Below are positions 30,288 through 39,527 of a stretch of 64,000 nt of DNA, one piece after another. The stretch is from a virus. The notes under the pieces are model-generated. The model did not search any database. It was not told the DNA's origin and worked only from the letters and a program-made list of their open reading frames with translations. The position numbers and the translations under genes are program-made. The DNA is taken from the IMG/VR virus record IMGVR_UViG_3300013006_000020, positions 32,001 to 96,000 of that record. One strand, written 5' to 3'. The first letter of the stretch is position 1, and the number at the start of each line of letters is the position of its first letter.

Positions 30288-31276
30288 GTTGATGGCACCA
30301 GTCCTCTAGCTATCTTCTCTAATATCTCTTGTATTCTTTGTAGCGCAGCAGGATTTAATGCTGCCCCAGCCGCACTTGCTGCAGAGGCAGCAGCATTCGC
30401 TGCAGTTGAAGACAACCATACACCAAGAGTGGCAAGGCTTCCACCACCAAGCAAGAATGCGCTGAGGGCAACAAGACCCGCAGCAAGCGCCGCCACTAGA
30501 ACTGTAGAGCCGACGCCATATGAATCACTAAATCCACTTACAAGAAGTGTAGCGGCATCAACAGCTAAAGCTGTAGTCATGGCAGAACCAACACCAATTA
30601 CAAAAGCGTAAGCAAAAGCTTCTAGATCGCCATCATTAAAATATTTATCAATAGCGAATCTAATTTTATCAAGAATACCTTGTGGTAAGTTTGGAAGTCT
30701 ATCTGTTACATACTTTTTAAAAATATCTTTAACAAGTCCAGGAAATGATGTGATACAATTTCTTAGTTTTTTACGAATATCCGACATTTCTTCTGGACTA
30801 TCAACATTATTTATACCTCTAACATTGTCTATTGCTGTACCTATTTGGGTCATAGCAGTACCCCCCTCTTTAAACGCGTCCCACGCCGTTCTTAGCGCTA
30901 TAAGAAGTTCTGTTAATCCCATATTTGATGTTAAACTTTGACCAGTCTGCGATCCAAGAGAACCACCAAGACTTGTCCTGAAGGCATTTGAAACTATTCT
31001 TATAATATCTTCTTTTAACCATCTATTTATTAATTTTGCGCACTCTTTAAACTTTTTTATATTTTGACTTTTAGCCCAAGCAAATGCAACAACTGCACTA
31101 AGCCCAAGTGCCTTAGCTAGCGATATAAAAAAACTATAATCATCAGAATCACTAACCGGCGCATCTTCTTCCATTGGTTCAGCAGTATATAAAACTGTTG
31201 GAATAGGACTATTAACAGCAAATGCGTAATTGTTAGCTATAGAATTTAGTGATTTAATGAAGCGTTGGTTGTTCAC
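30284..31276 (-). CDS. Membrane protein with leader + PIPTVLY, one TM and long C-terminal hydrophobic region
   Basis: Same architecture as neighbour; GTG start 14 nt after GTGTAT at 31290. Confidence 0.65.
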   Translation of the reverse strand: MNNQRFIKSLNSIANNYAFAVNSPIPTVLYTAEPMEEDAPVSDSDDYSFFISLAKALGLSAVVAFAWAKSQNIKKFKECAKLINRWLKEDIIRIVSNAFRTSLGGSLGSQTGQSLTSNMGLTELLIALRTAWDAFKEGGTAMTQIGTAIDNVRGINNVDSPEEMSDIRKKLRNCITSFPGLVKDIFKKYVTDRLPNLPQGILDKIRFAIDKYFNDGDLEAFAYAFVIGVGSAMTTALAVDAATLLVSGFSDSYGVGSTVLVAALAAGLVALSAFLLGGGSLATLGVWLSSTAANAAASAASAAGAALNPAALQRIQEILEKIARGLVPST

Positions 31277-31292
31277 AATAAATAATACACAA

Positions 31293-31499
31293 TCAGATTT
31301 GCAGTAAAAAGAACTTCTTTTTGTGATGAGCCATTTTTGCGTACTTTAGCACATCTATTACAGTATCTATTTCTTCTATAGAAGACAGGAGAACTGATGA
31401 TCCACCTGATTTTAATTCAATACCATGTTCTCTTTCAATTATTTCAATTCCACGAACACGATGAGAGGCTTTAATTTCACCAAAATTATTAGGACTCAT
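31293..31499 (-). CDS. Hypothetical protein
   Basis: ORF from MSPNNFGEIK, overlapping the end of the upstream gene. Confidence 0.5.
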   Translation of the reverse strand: MSPNNFGEIKASHRVRGIEIIEREHGIELKSGGSSVLLSSIEEIDTVIDVLKYAKMAHHKKKFFLLQI

Positions 31500-31680
31500 T
31501 GGATTCTTTATTGCAGTTGATCTCAACACCATCTACCTTTGTAAAGGTTTTAGCGTAATCAATAGCCCTATTCCATAAGTCAATATCCATTTCTTTCGTG
31601 TACTCAGCAAACTTCAGACCAAATACAATCATCGCCTTAGCAAGTCTCGGATCCATATCGTTCATATCTATTTCGTCCAT
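31489..31680 (-). CDS. Hypothetical protein
   Basis: AGGAGG RBS before ATG 31680. Confidence 0.6.
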   Translation of the reverse strand: MDEIDMNDMDPRLAKAMIVFGLKFAEYTKEMDIDLWNRAIDYAKTFTKVDGVEINCNKESNES

Positions 31681-31690
31681 AAATCCTCCT

Positions 31691-31725
31691 AAAAAGCCCA
31701 CCAGAACAGTTACGGACTGATGGGC
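31691..31725 (-). terminator. Rho-independent terminator
   Basis: GCCCATCAG-loop-CTGGTGGGC followed by TTTTT on - strand. Confidence 0.7.
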
Positions 31726-31777
31726 GAACTACGCGTGTAACTCAGACGAGCCTAAGATGCCCGAATAGCGTAATCAC
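31691..31777 (-). ncRNA. Candidate ~85-nt structured small RNA or attenuator
   Basis: GC-richer gap between GTGTAT motif (31789) and terminator; GATTACGC/GCGTAGTT stem. Confidence 0.35.
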
Positions 31778-31789
31778 CTATATATACAC

Positions 31790-33673
31790 TTAATCATAAT
31801 ACGAGTATGAAAACTCCCCAAACTCAATTTCATCAAGTTTGAAATTAATCATGCGCTGTATTTGCAAGACTTTTTCAAGAGCCGTCACACCAAGGATATC
31901 AAATTTAACACCACCTAAATATTCAATATCAGCTCCTTCAACATCAATTACCATAGAGTCTAGCTTTTCTGAATATACCATTGGAAATAGATTGCTTAGT
32001 GGTTGATCGGCAATAATTATTCCTGCAGCGTGTACACTTTCATTTCTTGGAACTTCCTCAATACGAAGTGCGTAGTCAAATGCTTCTTTGAACTGCTCGT
32101 AATATTCAGCAATAGATTTGATATTATCAATATTCCAACGAATAATGCCGTATGATGGATCTTCCTTTTGCATTTCAACAAGATCATCAGTAATCTTTGC
32201 CTCTTCAGCAAACTTTTTAGTGATCTGATTTGAAACATCAAAATAGTCTTGCGTTGGCTTCAAAAGCTTAAATACTTCTTTTATTGCGCCGCGACCCTTA
32301 AACCTTGAGTGAGTAATAATATGACCAACGCAATCGTTTCCGTATTTTTCCCTAATATATCCAATAAGTGACTCTCTAAAAGACGGGGGTACATCCATGT
32401 CAATATCTGGTAGTGATACGTTTTCTTTAGTGTTTCTGCCTTCATTGTAAAATCTTTCAAACGGCAATTCTCTTCCCAGATCGTATCCAAGTGTTGGATC
32501 TGGGCGCATTGGATCAACTGAGGATATGCCTATTAAGTAAGAGATCATGCATCCAGAAGAAGAACCTCTGATATCAGCCGGGACCCCCTTTGATCGCAGA
32601 CTATTTATAATGTCATGTACAATGAGGAAGTAAGACGACATGCCTGCCTGTTTAAACACCTCTAGCTCATGCTGAATTCTTTTGATATAAGCGTCTTTTA
32701 GTGCTGGATCTTGCTTAAACTCATCCAGAAGACCAGTTGACTTAAACCCTGTACGACAAAGCTGGCGCAAATACTCGTGTGAATCGGTAATTTTATGATC
32801 GCCAACCTTAAAACTAGGAAGGATTGGGCGTTCCTGGATAGTGTAATCTTCAACTAGATCAAGCAGCTTGAGGGTCTTTTCACCATTCTTAAGCTCTTTA
32901 GACAGGTATCCGCGCGCCCATCGCTTGTCAAATATTCTCGAATCGCTGATAGCATCACAGCACGAGCCACCATCATCCTTGGCTTTAGTCAATAGTTCGT
33001 GAAGCTCAAGATCTTCTTTATTTAGATAGTGAATATTATGTGCTGGCATAGAATCAGAAAATTCTTCGCTGATTTTTTTACCCAATACAAGATGTACTGG
33101 TAGAAAGCTTACATCATATGTAAGAAAAACATGCTCATATTTCTTACGATAATTTGCTAGGACTTTTTCAACGCGAATCTTCCAGTCTTTATACAGTAGC
33201 TTTTCGCAATCTTCTACAGAGTCGCTTGCATACGCCATTTCATAATTTACAAAAGCGCTAGAGTATATTTCGCTACGCAGATCACCAATAAGACAAATCA
33301 GTCCAGCCTTATACGGATAAAGTGTTTCTACTTGAGTACGGGGCATACCATTAAAAGCAAGGGCTTCTTTGGTTCTAGCCATAGAAACAAGCTTAACTAT
33401 ATTTTTATATCCAATCTTGTTTTTGGCTAGTAGCGTAATGCGACCAACAAATTCTTCGCCATTGTATGTATCAAGCTCCACGCCAATAATTGGTTTGACT
33501 CCCGAGTCTTTGCATTCCTTAAAGAAGGGGACTACACCTTTAATATTGTTGTGATCGGTCATACAAATTGCTGGTATGCCGTATTCTTTGCATTTGGAAA
33601 CAAGAGAATCAATGGTGACAACGCTATCAAGAAGTGACCATGAAGTATGTACGTGAATAGGAATGTAGCTCAT
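31790..33673 (-). CDS. dnaE: DNA polymerase III alpha subunit, N-terminal half (PHP + palm)
   Basis: HVHTSWSLLDS, TDHNN, RGSSSG, FERF, PDIDMD, HAAGII, KFDILG then stop. Confidence 0.93.
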   Translation of the reverse strand: MSYIPIHVHTSWSLLDSVVTIDSLVSKCKEYGIPAICMTDHNNIKGVVPFFKECKDSGVKPIIGVELDTYNGEEFVGRITLLAKNKIGYKNIVKLVSMARTKEALAFNGMPRTQVETLYPYKAGLICLIGDLRSEIYSSAFVNYEMAYASDSVEDCEKLLYKDWKIRVEKVLANYRKKYEHVFLTYDVSFLPVHLVLGKKISEEFSDSMPAHNIHYLNKEDLELHELLTKAKDDGGSCCDAISDSRIFDKRWARGYLSKELKNGEKTLKLLDLVEDYTIQERPILPSFKVGDHKITDSHEYLRQLCRTGFKSTGLLDEFKQDPALKDAYIKRIQHELEVFKQAGMSSYFLIVHDIINSLRSKGVPADIRGSSSGCMISYLIGISSVDPMRPDPTLGYDLGRELPFERFYNEGRNTKENVSLPDIDMDVPPSFRESLIGYIREKYGNDCVGHIITHSRFKGRGAIKEVFKLLKPTQDYFDVSNQITKKFAEEAKITDDLVEMQKEDPSYGIIRWNIDNIKSIAEYYEQFKEAFDYALRIEEVPRNESVHAAGIIIADQPLSNLFPMVYSEKLDSMVIDVEGADIEYLGGVKFDILGVTALEKVLQIQRMINFKLDEIEFGEFSYSYYD

Positions 33674-34668
33674 TGGTCGTCTTTAAATGTATTTCTTCTG
33701 TCAGAAGTCTTTAGTGCTTTTTCTTCAGCTTTGCTCTTACGAACCTCTCCGACCCTTAGTATAGTTTTGTCGATTCCGTTAGCAATTAGATAGTTAAATA
33801 CATTATCGCATACGCTGCAACCATTTGCAGTCTTCGTTTTTCCGAAGTGGCAAGTGGTCTTACATTTCCATGCTTGAGAGCCGTTTACTTCTTTAATTCT
33901 AGTTGGCAAATGATTGCCCTTAATCGTGTTGAACTGCTCTTTAATTATGTTAAGCGTTTCTTTACGCTGATCATCATCAAAACAAACAGTAAACGGCCCA
34001 CCATCATTAACAAAGTGAATTGTAAGAAGTCTTGTTTTGTATTGAGGATACAGCATGGAGACAGCAAGATCGTACATACGAAGCTGTATATCTTTGCTCG
34101 CAAAGTAGTCGTATTCCTTAAGCTCTCCAGTTTCCCATGACTTTCTCGATCCTGTTTTCCAATCTATAATTTCTAGTGTTTGGTCGTCAAGCTTGGTAAT
34201 AAGATCTATTGTTCCACGAATCTCATAATTACCAGCGGTTGTTTTTTTACTAAGAACATCGTAGTACTCAAAGGTAAAACCAGGGAGTGTTAGAGGAATT
34301 CTAAACTGCCGCTCAGTATGAAGCACCTTGAGATTTCTTGGATCGTATTTAGTTCCTAGAACTTTTTCTATTGATTTAAGACAAAACTTTTTGTCAGCAC
34401 CGTCCGCTAACTCAATCTTGCCCGTATTTTCAGTCTTATATCTCTTCCAGCAAATATCAAGAAGCTTAACATGATCAAGCAAAAGGCCGTCTTTATGACC
34501 TAGTTTTGTGGCTCTAGCCATTATTTCAAGCACATGGTGAACTATTGTACCGAGCAATGCTTTTTTACCAGAGCCACTTGGTATTTCTAGAATTGAATCA
34601 AGAAAAAATTGAAACTGACAACCTTCATATGTTTTAATGGATGATGCTCTTAGATATTGAATGTTCAT
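33670..34668 (-). CDS. PD-(D/E)XK exonuclease, Cas4/RecB-like with probable Fe-S Cys
   Basis: GTIVH, RGTIDL, IIDWKTG, QLRMY; N-terminal Cys plus C-terminal C..TC...C. Confidence 0.85.
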   Translation of the reverse strand: MNIQYLRASSIKTYEGCQFQFFLDSILEIPSGSGKKALLGTIVHHVLEIMARATKLGHKDGLLLDHVKLLDICWKRYKTENTGKIELADGADKKFCLKSIEKVLGTKYDPRNLKVLHTERQFRIPLTLPGFTFEYYDVLSKKTTAGNYEIRGTIDLITKLDDQTLEIIDWKTGSRKSWETGELKEYDYFASKDIQLRMYDLAVSMLYPQYKTRLLTIHFVNDGGPFTVCFDDDQRKETLNIIKEQFNTIKGNHLPTRIKEVNGSQAWKCKTTCHFGKTKTANGCSVCDNVFNYLIANGIDKTILRVGEVRKSKAEEKALKTSDRRNTFKDDQ

Positions 34669-35120
34669 CTGCTGCTCTTTTCAATGACAGGCTCTACTCT
34701 AACGATTGGTTGATTAAATATTCGCTCTGAGTTTTTTATAACTACAAGCTCATTTGCCGTCGTTTCTATAAAGTCCTGTGTTGATTTTATCTTTTTGGGG
34801 GAGTATCCTCCACCGTTTTTTACAAACTTTTGCTTCGATAGCTTCAAGATTTCTTTATATACTTTTTGTATTTGTGGAGGCCATCGTTCCTCTATTCCTT
34901 TGAATGGAATATATATAACATATGGTATTTCATTTTCATGACAAGCGTATATAAAATCTAATTCAAAGCCTATTGATGCACGTACTATGCATATTGAATC
35001 ATCGGTATCAATAGCACTGAGATGCGCAATCATTTGATTGCGAACAAATAATCTAACTGGGTCGTTAAGATCATATGCTCCGTTAAAGTTAACCGCCTCT
35101 GACTTTACGCCAATTATCAT
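34665..35120 (-). CDS. SLOG/YspA-like protein (divergent)
   Basis: IPYVIYIPFKGIEERWP..Q..Y..IL. Confidence 0.5.
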   Translation of the reverse strand: MIIGVKSEAVNFNGAYDLNDPVRLFVRNQMIAHLSAIDTDDSICIVRASIGFELDFIYACHENEIPYVIYIPFKGIEERWPPQIQKVYKEILKLSKQKFVKNGGGYSPKKIKSTQDFIETTANELVVIKNSERIFNQPIVRVEPVIEKSSR

Positions 35121-35755
35121 ATATAAAGCTCTAGTATTTTTTTAATGGCGTCATTTTTCTCTTCCATGTCCATATCATCATTTTGTATGAAATGAAATTT
35201 TTTGATATTACTGAAGTCATAATTATCAAGAGCCGTTTCGCTTTCGTGTTGATTATTAAGTGGATTGCGTGTGAACTTTATCACTATTGGTTCGTAAAAT
35301 GTTGCGTAATTTATTTCATTTGGGAATCGCGCATCTGAGATCAATGCAAAATCAAGGTTTTCCTCTTTGATTTTCTTAATGGTGGCTTGAACCCAACAGT
35401 CTTGATAAAATCTTCTAAAGATATTTGTACCAAAAACTTGCATTACGTCTCGTGCAGTCATATGGTCAGTTAATTTAGACATTGGCTTATTTTGCATTAT
35501 CATTGCAATATCACTTCCAGACATTGGTAAATCAGACCACTTGAATTGTGTTAAAGTGTTTTTATCCGAGTTTTCACCCCAGCATTGATTATATTCAAGA
35601 CCAAGTATATTAACGCATACTTGTTTAAGAGAATCAGCAAATGGATAGATTTTTGATGAATAGCCATGTTCTTTTAGAAAGCCTCTAACATAAGAACAAG
35701 CTGTGTCTTTTCCACTCTGCGCCTTGCCAGTCATTATAACAATTTGTGTTTTCAT
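35117..35755 (-). CDS. Deoxynucleoside monophosphate kinase
   Basis: GKAQSGKDT, FADSLK, RDVMQVFGT, ISDARFPNE, HESETALD. Confidence 0.88.
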   Translation of the reverse strand: MKTQIVIMTGKAQSGKDTACSYVRGFLKEHGYSSKIYPFADSLKQVCVNILGLEYNQCWGENSDKNTLTQFKWSDLPMSGSDIAMIMQNKPMSKLTDHMTARDVMQVFGTNIFRRFYQDCWVQATIKKIKEENLDFALISDARFPNEINYATFYEPIVIKFTRNPLNNQHESETALDNYDFSNIKKFHFIQNDDMDMEEKNDAIKKILELYI

Positions 35756-36789
35756 TTAGTGAGTACCTGTATTTGTGGAAGTACCTGAGACTCAAAATCC
35801 TCTCTCGAGAGCATATCTGGATCTTTATTGTCGGTAAGTATTTTAGATATTGAAAATCTAGAATTAAACAAAGACTTTATTCTTGACGCAGCTTTTATTC
35901 CCGCTTCGTCAGAATCCATCATAAGACCTAATTTATTTGCTCCTACAGACTGTAATAGATCAGCCTGTCGATTAGATAATGAAGAACCCATTACGGCAAC
36001 AACGTTTCTGACGCCGTACATATGCATTCTCCAACAGTCAAATGGACCCTCAACTATTACAGCAAATCCGGTTTTTTTAATTTCGCTTGCGGCATTATGG
36101 ATGTTATATATCTCAATTGATTTATTGAATCCTTTGGGATAGTTACGCCACTTTCCATAAAGTTTTCTGTAAGTCTCATCTATGGTATACTTTTCAGGAA
36201 AATACCATCCAAGGTTATTTTTTTCAAAGATTGATCTGCCCGTGATGCCAACAAGATTTCCATTAATATTTCTGATTGGAATCATTAATCTGTGGTGGTA
36301 GGTTTTGCCGTTAGTGGAAACACCAGCCTCAAAAAACTTGCATAATTCTGGAGAAAAACCTCTAGACTTTATGAAATTATGGTTTTGGTCTAGCTTTGAT
36401 AGCCTTGCGTCTGAGATTATTTTGTTATCAGCAAGCTCTTGTCTATTTCTAGCAACAATAGCATCTGCGAAATCATCTGACTCAATCACTGACTGTATCC
36501 AATCAATAGCATCAGAAAAGCTTATTTTCTTTAAACCTCGCACAAGACCAATTATGTCATTTCCATATTTATGGTGGCACCCATGCGTAAAGCAAGACCA
36601 GCAACATTTTCCAAAATGATAGCTAAATGCTGTCTGGTTATCACCACCGTGAACAGGGCATTCTTGTTGAACAGCAGTGCTTCCATTAAATTCAAAACCA
36701 AGAGCCTGCAAGATCTTGTAATCGTTCTCGCAGGCAATCTTTTTGAAGATTTTTAATTCTTCAGAATTCAATGTCGTCTTCGTCGTCAT
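35752..36789 (-). CDS. dnaG: DNA primase (CHC2 Zn finger + TOPRIM)
   Basis: CPVHGGDN..WSCFTHGC, RLMIPI, IVEGPFD, MDSDEAG. Confidence 0.92.
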   Translation of the reverse strand: MTTKTTLNSEELKIFKKIACENDYKILQALGFEFNGSTAVQQECPVHGGDNQTAFSYHFGKCCWSCFTHGCHHKYGNDIIGLVRGLKKISFSDAIDWIQSVIESDDFADAIVARNRQELADNKIISDARLSKLDQNHNFIKSRGFSPELCKFFEAGVSTNGKTYHHRLMIPIRNINGNLVGITGRSIFEKNNLGWYFPEKYTIDETYRKLYGKWRNYPKGFNKSIEIYNIHNAASEIKKTGFAVIVEGPFDCWRMHMYGVRNVVAVMGSSLSNRQADLLQSVGANKLGLMMDSDEAGIKAASRIKSLFNSRFSISKILTDNKDPDMLSREDFESQVLPQIQVLTK

Positions 36790-38200
36790 CTTGGTTTATG
36801 TTGTTACCTGATTCTAGTATTTCAAAATTAAATTTGCCCTCAACCATTTCGGATCTCTCAAGATTTGAAACAATATTGATGTACTCCGAGGATGCATCCA
36901 TTCCGCCACCATATCTAGTATCTATTACAATTAGCTTTCTATCGCCATTTGCCTTGCTGTCTCCAGCAGCCACATCTTCGTCTGTCTTTTTCTTTATATA
37001 AGCAAGGCTAGAGCAAAGCCATAGGATTCTGTCGCTGCCAGAAACCACGCTGCTATCTTCCTTGCTAATTCCATCACGATTGAGCTGAACCGTGGCAAGT
37101 ACTGGAACGTCATTCTTTACCGCAAAATTGTGAAGCTTAGTGATAAAATCACCAAGATATTGATATTCCTGGAAATCTCCTACATCAGCAAGATCCATCG
37201 TTTTAAGATAGTCAAGCATAATCAGGCAGTCTTTTGTGTTTCCACCCTCATCGCGCCCAACAACAGAAGATATCCAACGACGAGCTATCGACATTATTTC
37301 TTCTGGTTTTTTACCAGCAATACTAATGTGATAAAACGGCATGGTTTTGATTGCAGAAAGAGCTTGATCAATAGAAAACTTAAGATTTTCTTTTTGAGAG
37401 AACTGTCCAGTTTCAATCGATTGTTGATCAACACCAGAATGTAAAGAAACCCACTTAACTGATTGAGTTTCTTTTTTCATCTCTGTATCTAGATACAAAA
37501 CTGGAATGCCCTGCTTTGCCATGTTAGCCGCAACATTTAGGCAGAATGTGCTTTTACCAACTTTGGGTCTAGCACCAACTACGTTTACTGTGCCACGACG
37601 ATATCCACCGCCAATGGTTTGATCGTAGCGTGGATATCCTGTAGGAATGCCAGCAGATTTTACAGGATTCTCTGCTAAATATTTAATGTGACCTTCTGCA
37701 AACTGACCAATCTGCACAAGATCATTTTCACTAGTTACCTCTGGAATAAACTCAAAGACAGAAGATTCAACTGTTGATGCCACATCGACAATGCTTTCTG
37801 ATCCACTCAAATCACCAATGGACTTGATTCCAGACTCAAGTTTCTTCTTCAAAGAACGGCATAGACTCCAAAACTTTACCTGTCTTGCAAAGTGTTGATA
37901 ATCTACTCTTTCAGAGTCTATTGCTTGAATAGCGGCTATAGACTGTGATTCTTTTGCAGAAACCTGGCCAGTCTTTGATATTTCAGATATCAGCAGTTGA
38001 GGGCTAATCTTTGATGAATTTCCAGCCTCAGCTAGCGTGGCAATGGCAAAGAAGCATTTACCAAGAAGTGGATCACCAAAGTCAGAGTCTACTATCGTAA
38101 TATCACTAGAGTAAATAATATCAGCGCCACTGTTCATGGCGCATGATATCAAGCTTTCTTCGCAAACGGATTGATTATATGACTTTACTTTGCTCTGCAT
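36761..38200 (-). CDS. dnaB: Replicative DNA helicase
   Basis: GIPTGY, GARPKVGKS, LDTEM, LDYLK, VQLNR. Confidence 0.93.
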   Translation of the reverse strand: MQSKVKSYNQSVCEESLISCAMNSGADIIYSSDITIVDSDFGDPLLGKCFFAIATLAEAGNSSKISPQLLISEISKTGQVSAKESQSIAAIQAIDSERVDYQHFARQVKFWSLCRSLKKKLESGIKSIGDLSGSESIVDVASTVESSVFEFIPEVTSENDLVQIGQFAEGHIKYLAENPVKSAGIPTGYPRYDQTIGGGYRRGTVNVVGARPKVGKSTFCLNVAANMAKQGIPVLYLDTEMKKETQSVKWVSLHSGVDQQSIETGQFSQKENLKFSIDQALSAIKTMPFYHISIAGKKPEEIMSIARRWISSVVGRDEGGNTKDCLIMLDYLKTMDLADVGDFQEYQYLGDFITKLHNFAVKNDVPVLATVQLNRDGISKEDSSVVSGSDRILWLCSSLAYIKKKTDEDVAAGDSKANGDRKLIVIDTRYGGGMDASSEYINIVSNLERSEMVEGKFNFEILESGNNINQDDDEDDIEF

Positions 38201-38670
38201 TTATTGCACTTTATCTTGATGGAACTATCAGATTGTAGCATCCCAGCAGGGTACTCTTTGTTAAAATCAAATGTGGTTGAGCAAACCTCGCACTTTCTCA
38301 TATTGGCCTTATAAGCATCTCTGTATTGCTTTTTACGGTTACTTAACTTTTTGACTTCTTCATTGTAATTTGGAAGCGCATCTTCAGGCAGCTCAAACTC
38401 TTTACTAGATATGAATCGTTGATCCCCAGAGTCTTCTGTGTCTTGATCTTCTTTAATATCATCTGCTACATATTCGTAATTAGAATCATCAACTAGATCA
38501 TTCAGTATAATTTTTCGAATTGCTTCTAGCTTTTCGCTATCTAATGAGTTTGCTGGTTGAGCAATAACTATTGGTGCTGTTTCACCAAATATAGTTGAAT
38601 AAAACTCTCGTACCGCCTCCATGTTATTTGTCATGATGGCCTTTTGAAGAAAACCTTTAAGATCTTTCAT
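38185..38670 (-). CDS. Hypothetical protein with C-terminal Zn ribbon
   Basis: CEVC...CNKC; GAGG RBS before ATG 38670. Confidence 0.6.
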   Translation of the reverse strand: MKDLKGFLQKAIMTNNMEAVREFYSTIFGETAPIVIAQPANSLDSEKLEAIRKIILNDLVDDSNYEYVADDIKEDQDTEDSGDQRFISSKEFELPEDALPNYNEEVKKLSNRKKQYRDAYKANMRKCEVCSTTFDFNKEYPAGMLQSDSSIKIKCNKCRAK

Positions 38671-39121
38671 TTGTTCCTCTCTTTTCAAAACAAAGATTTT
38701 TTATTGAAGAAGCCATAAACTCAATCTTCTTGTCTATGTCTTCTATTGTTCGTAACTGAACTTCGCAAAGCGTTTTTATTGATTCGAGTTCCTTTGCAAT
38801 AGAATCATTTCGCTTAATTATAAGTGACTTTTCTGCAAGTCCATAACCGTTTGTATTTGGAAGCTCACGACCAACAATTGAATTAATATTGGCGTCGCAC
38901 CAAGAAATATTAGCTCTGAGTCTATTCGCCTCAGTCTTTATATAAAGCCCATACTGCGAAAGTCTGATACAGTCAATGGCGAGATCTTCTCGATTGGCAG
39001 ACTTTAAATAATCACGAGTCATCCCAAGAAGTCTGTCAACTTCTGGTGGAACCATGACTGCCGCAAACTTAAATCTATCGCGGAATTCAGCCATCTTCTT
39101 TTGTATTTCAGATCGGTCCAT
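38657..39121 (-). CDS. Helical protein, possible UvsY-like recombination mediator
   Basis: Coiled-coil pattern, position between recA and dnaB; start uncertain. Confidence 0.4.
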   Translation of the reverse strand: MDRSEIQKKMAEFRDRFKFAAVMVPPEVDRLLGMTRDYLKSANREDLAIDCIRLSQYGLYIKTEANRLRANISWCDANINSIVGRELPNTNGYGLAEKSLIIKRNDSIAKELESIKTLCEVQLRTIEDIDKKIEFMASSIKNLCFEKRGTNERS

Positions 39122-39527
39122 TAGATTTGTGGATTCCAAAATGCACCTCTGCTTCCTTTAAAGAGTGTAGCGTTACAAGACGAATGTTATTTAATTCGCA
39201 AAACAATTCCTTAAGAGCATCTCTATGTTTCTGCCCCTCAAAGTCAGCAACTGTTTCATGAAAAAATGGATTCATTTCTGTATGCTGTTCACCTTGTATT
39301 TCAAAGGCAATTTTTCGTTGAGGCAAATAAAAGTCAAGTGAGAGCCTTGTATCTGGTATTGTTACATCCTCTAGAATTGGATCTAAAGGATATTTGGATA
39401 ATATCATTTGCCCAATAGCATACTGTATTTTTGATCGACAAGCCGCACGGCTTTTCATCGGCCAAACACCTTTGCGAAGATCCCATACTATCTTCTTATC
39501 AGGACTATTTACTGAAATCACTTGCAT
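39108..39527 (-). CDS. Vsr/DUF559-like endonuclease
   Basis: LDFYLP...AFEIQGEQH...RD..K..FC..NNI.L. Confidence 0.75.
   Translation of the reverse strand: MQVISVNSPDKKIVWDLRKGVWPMKSRAACRSKIQYAIGQMILSKYPLDPILEDVTIPDTRLSLDFYLPQRKIAFEIQGEQHTEMNPFFHETVADFEGQKHRDALKELFCELNNIRLVTLHSLKEAEVHFGIHKSNGPI

Noticed and set aside
31712-31732. Hammerhead ribozyme (CTGATG...GAA on + strand)
   Set aside because: The core needs CUGAnGA and GAAA; the sequence reads CTGATGG and GAAC and is explained by the terminator stem
22525-31789. Excisable element or intron interrupting dnaE
   Set aside because: No recombinase, terminal repeats or intron core seen; the interval contains dnaQ and virion genes, and the C-half has its own start
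33670-34668. CRISPR-Cas system implied by the Cas4-like nuclease
   Set aside because: No repeat-spacer array or other cas genes; solo Cas4-like nucleases are common in phage replication modules
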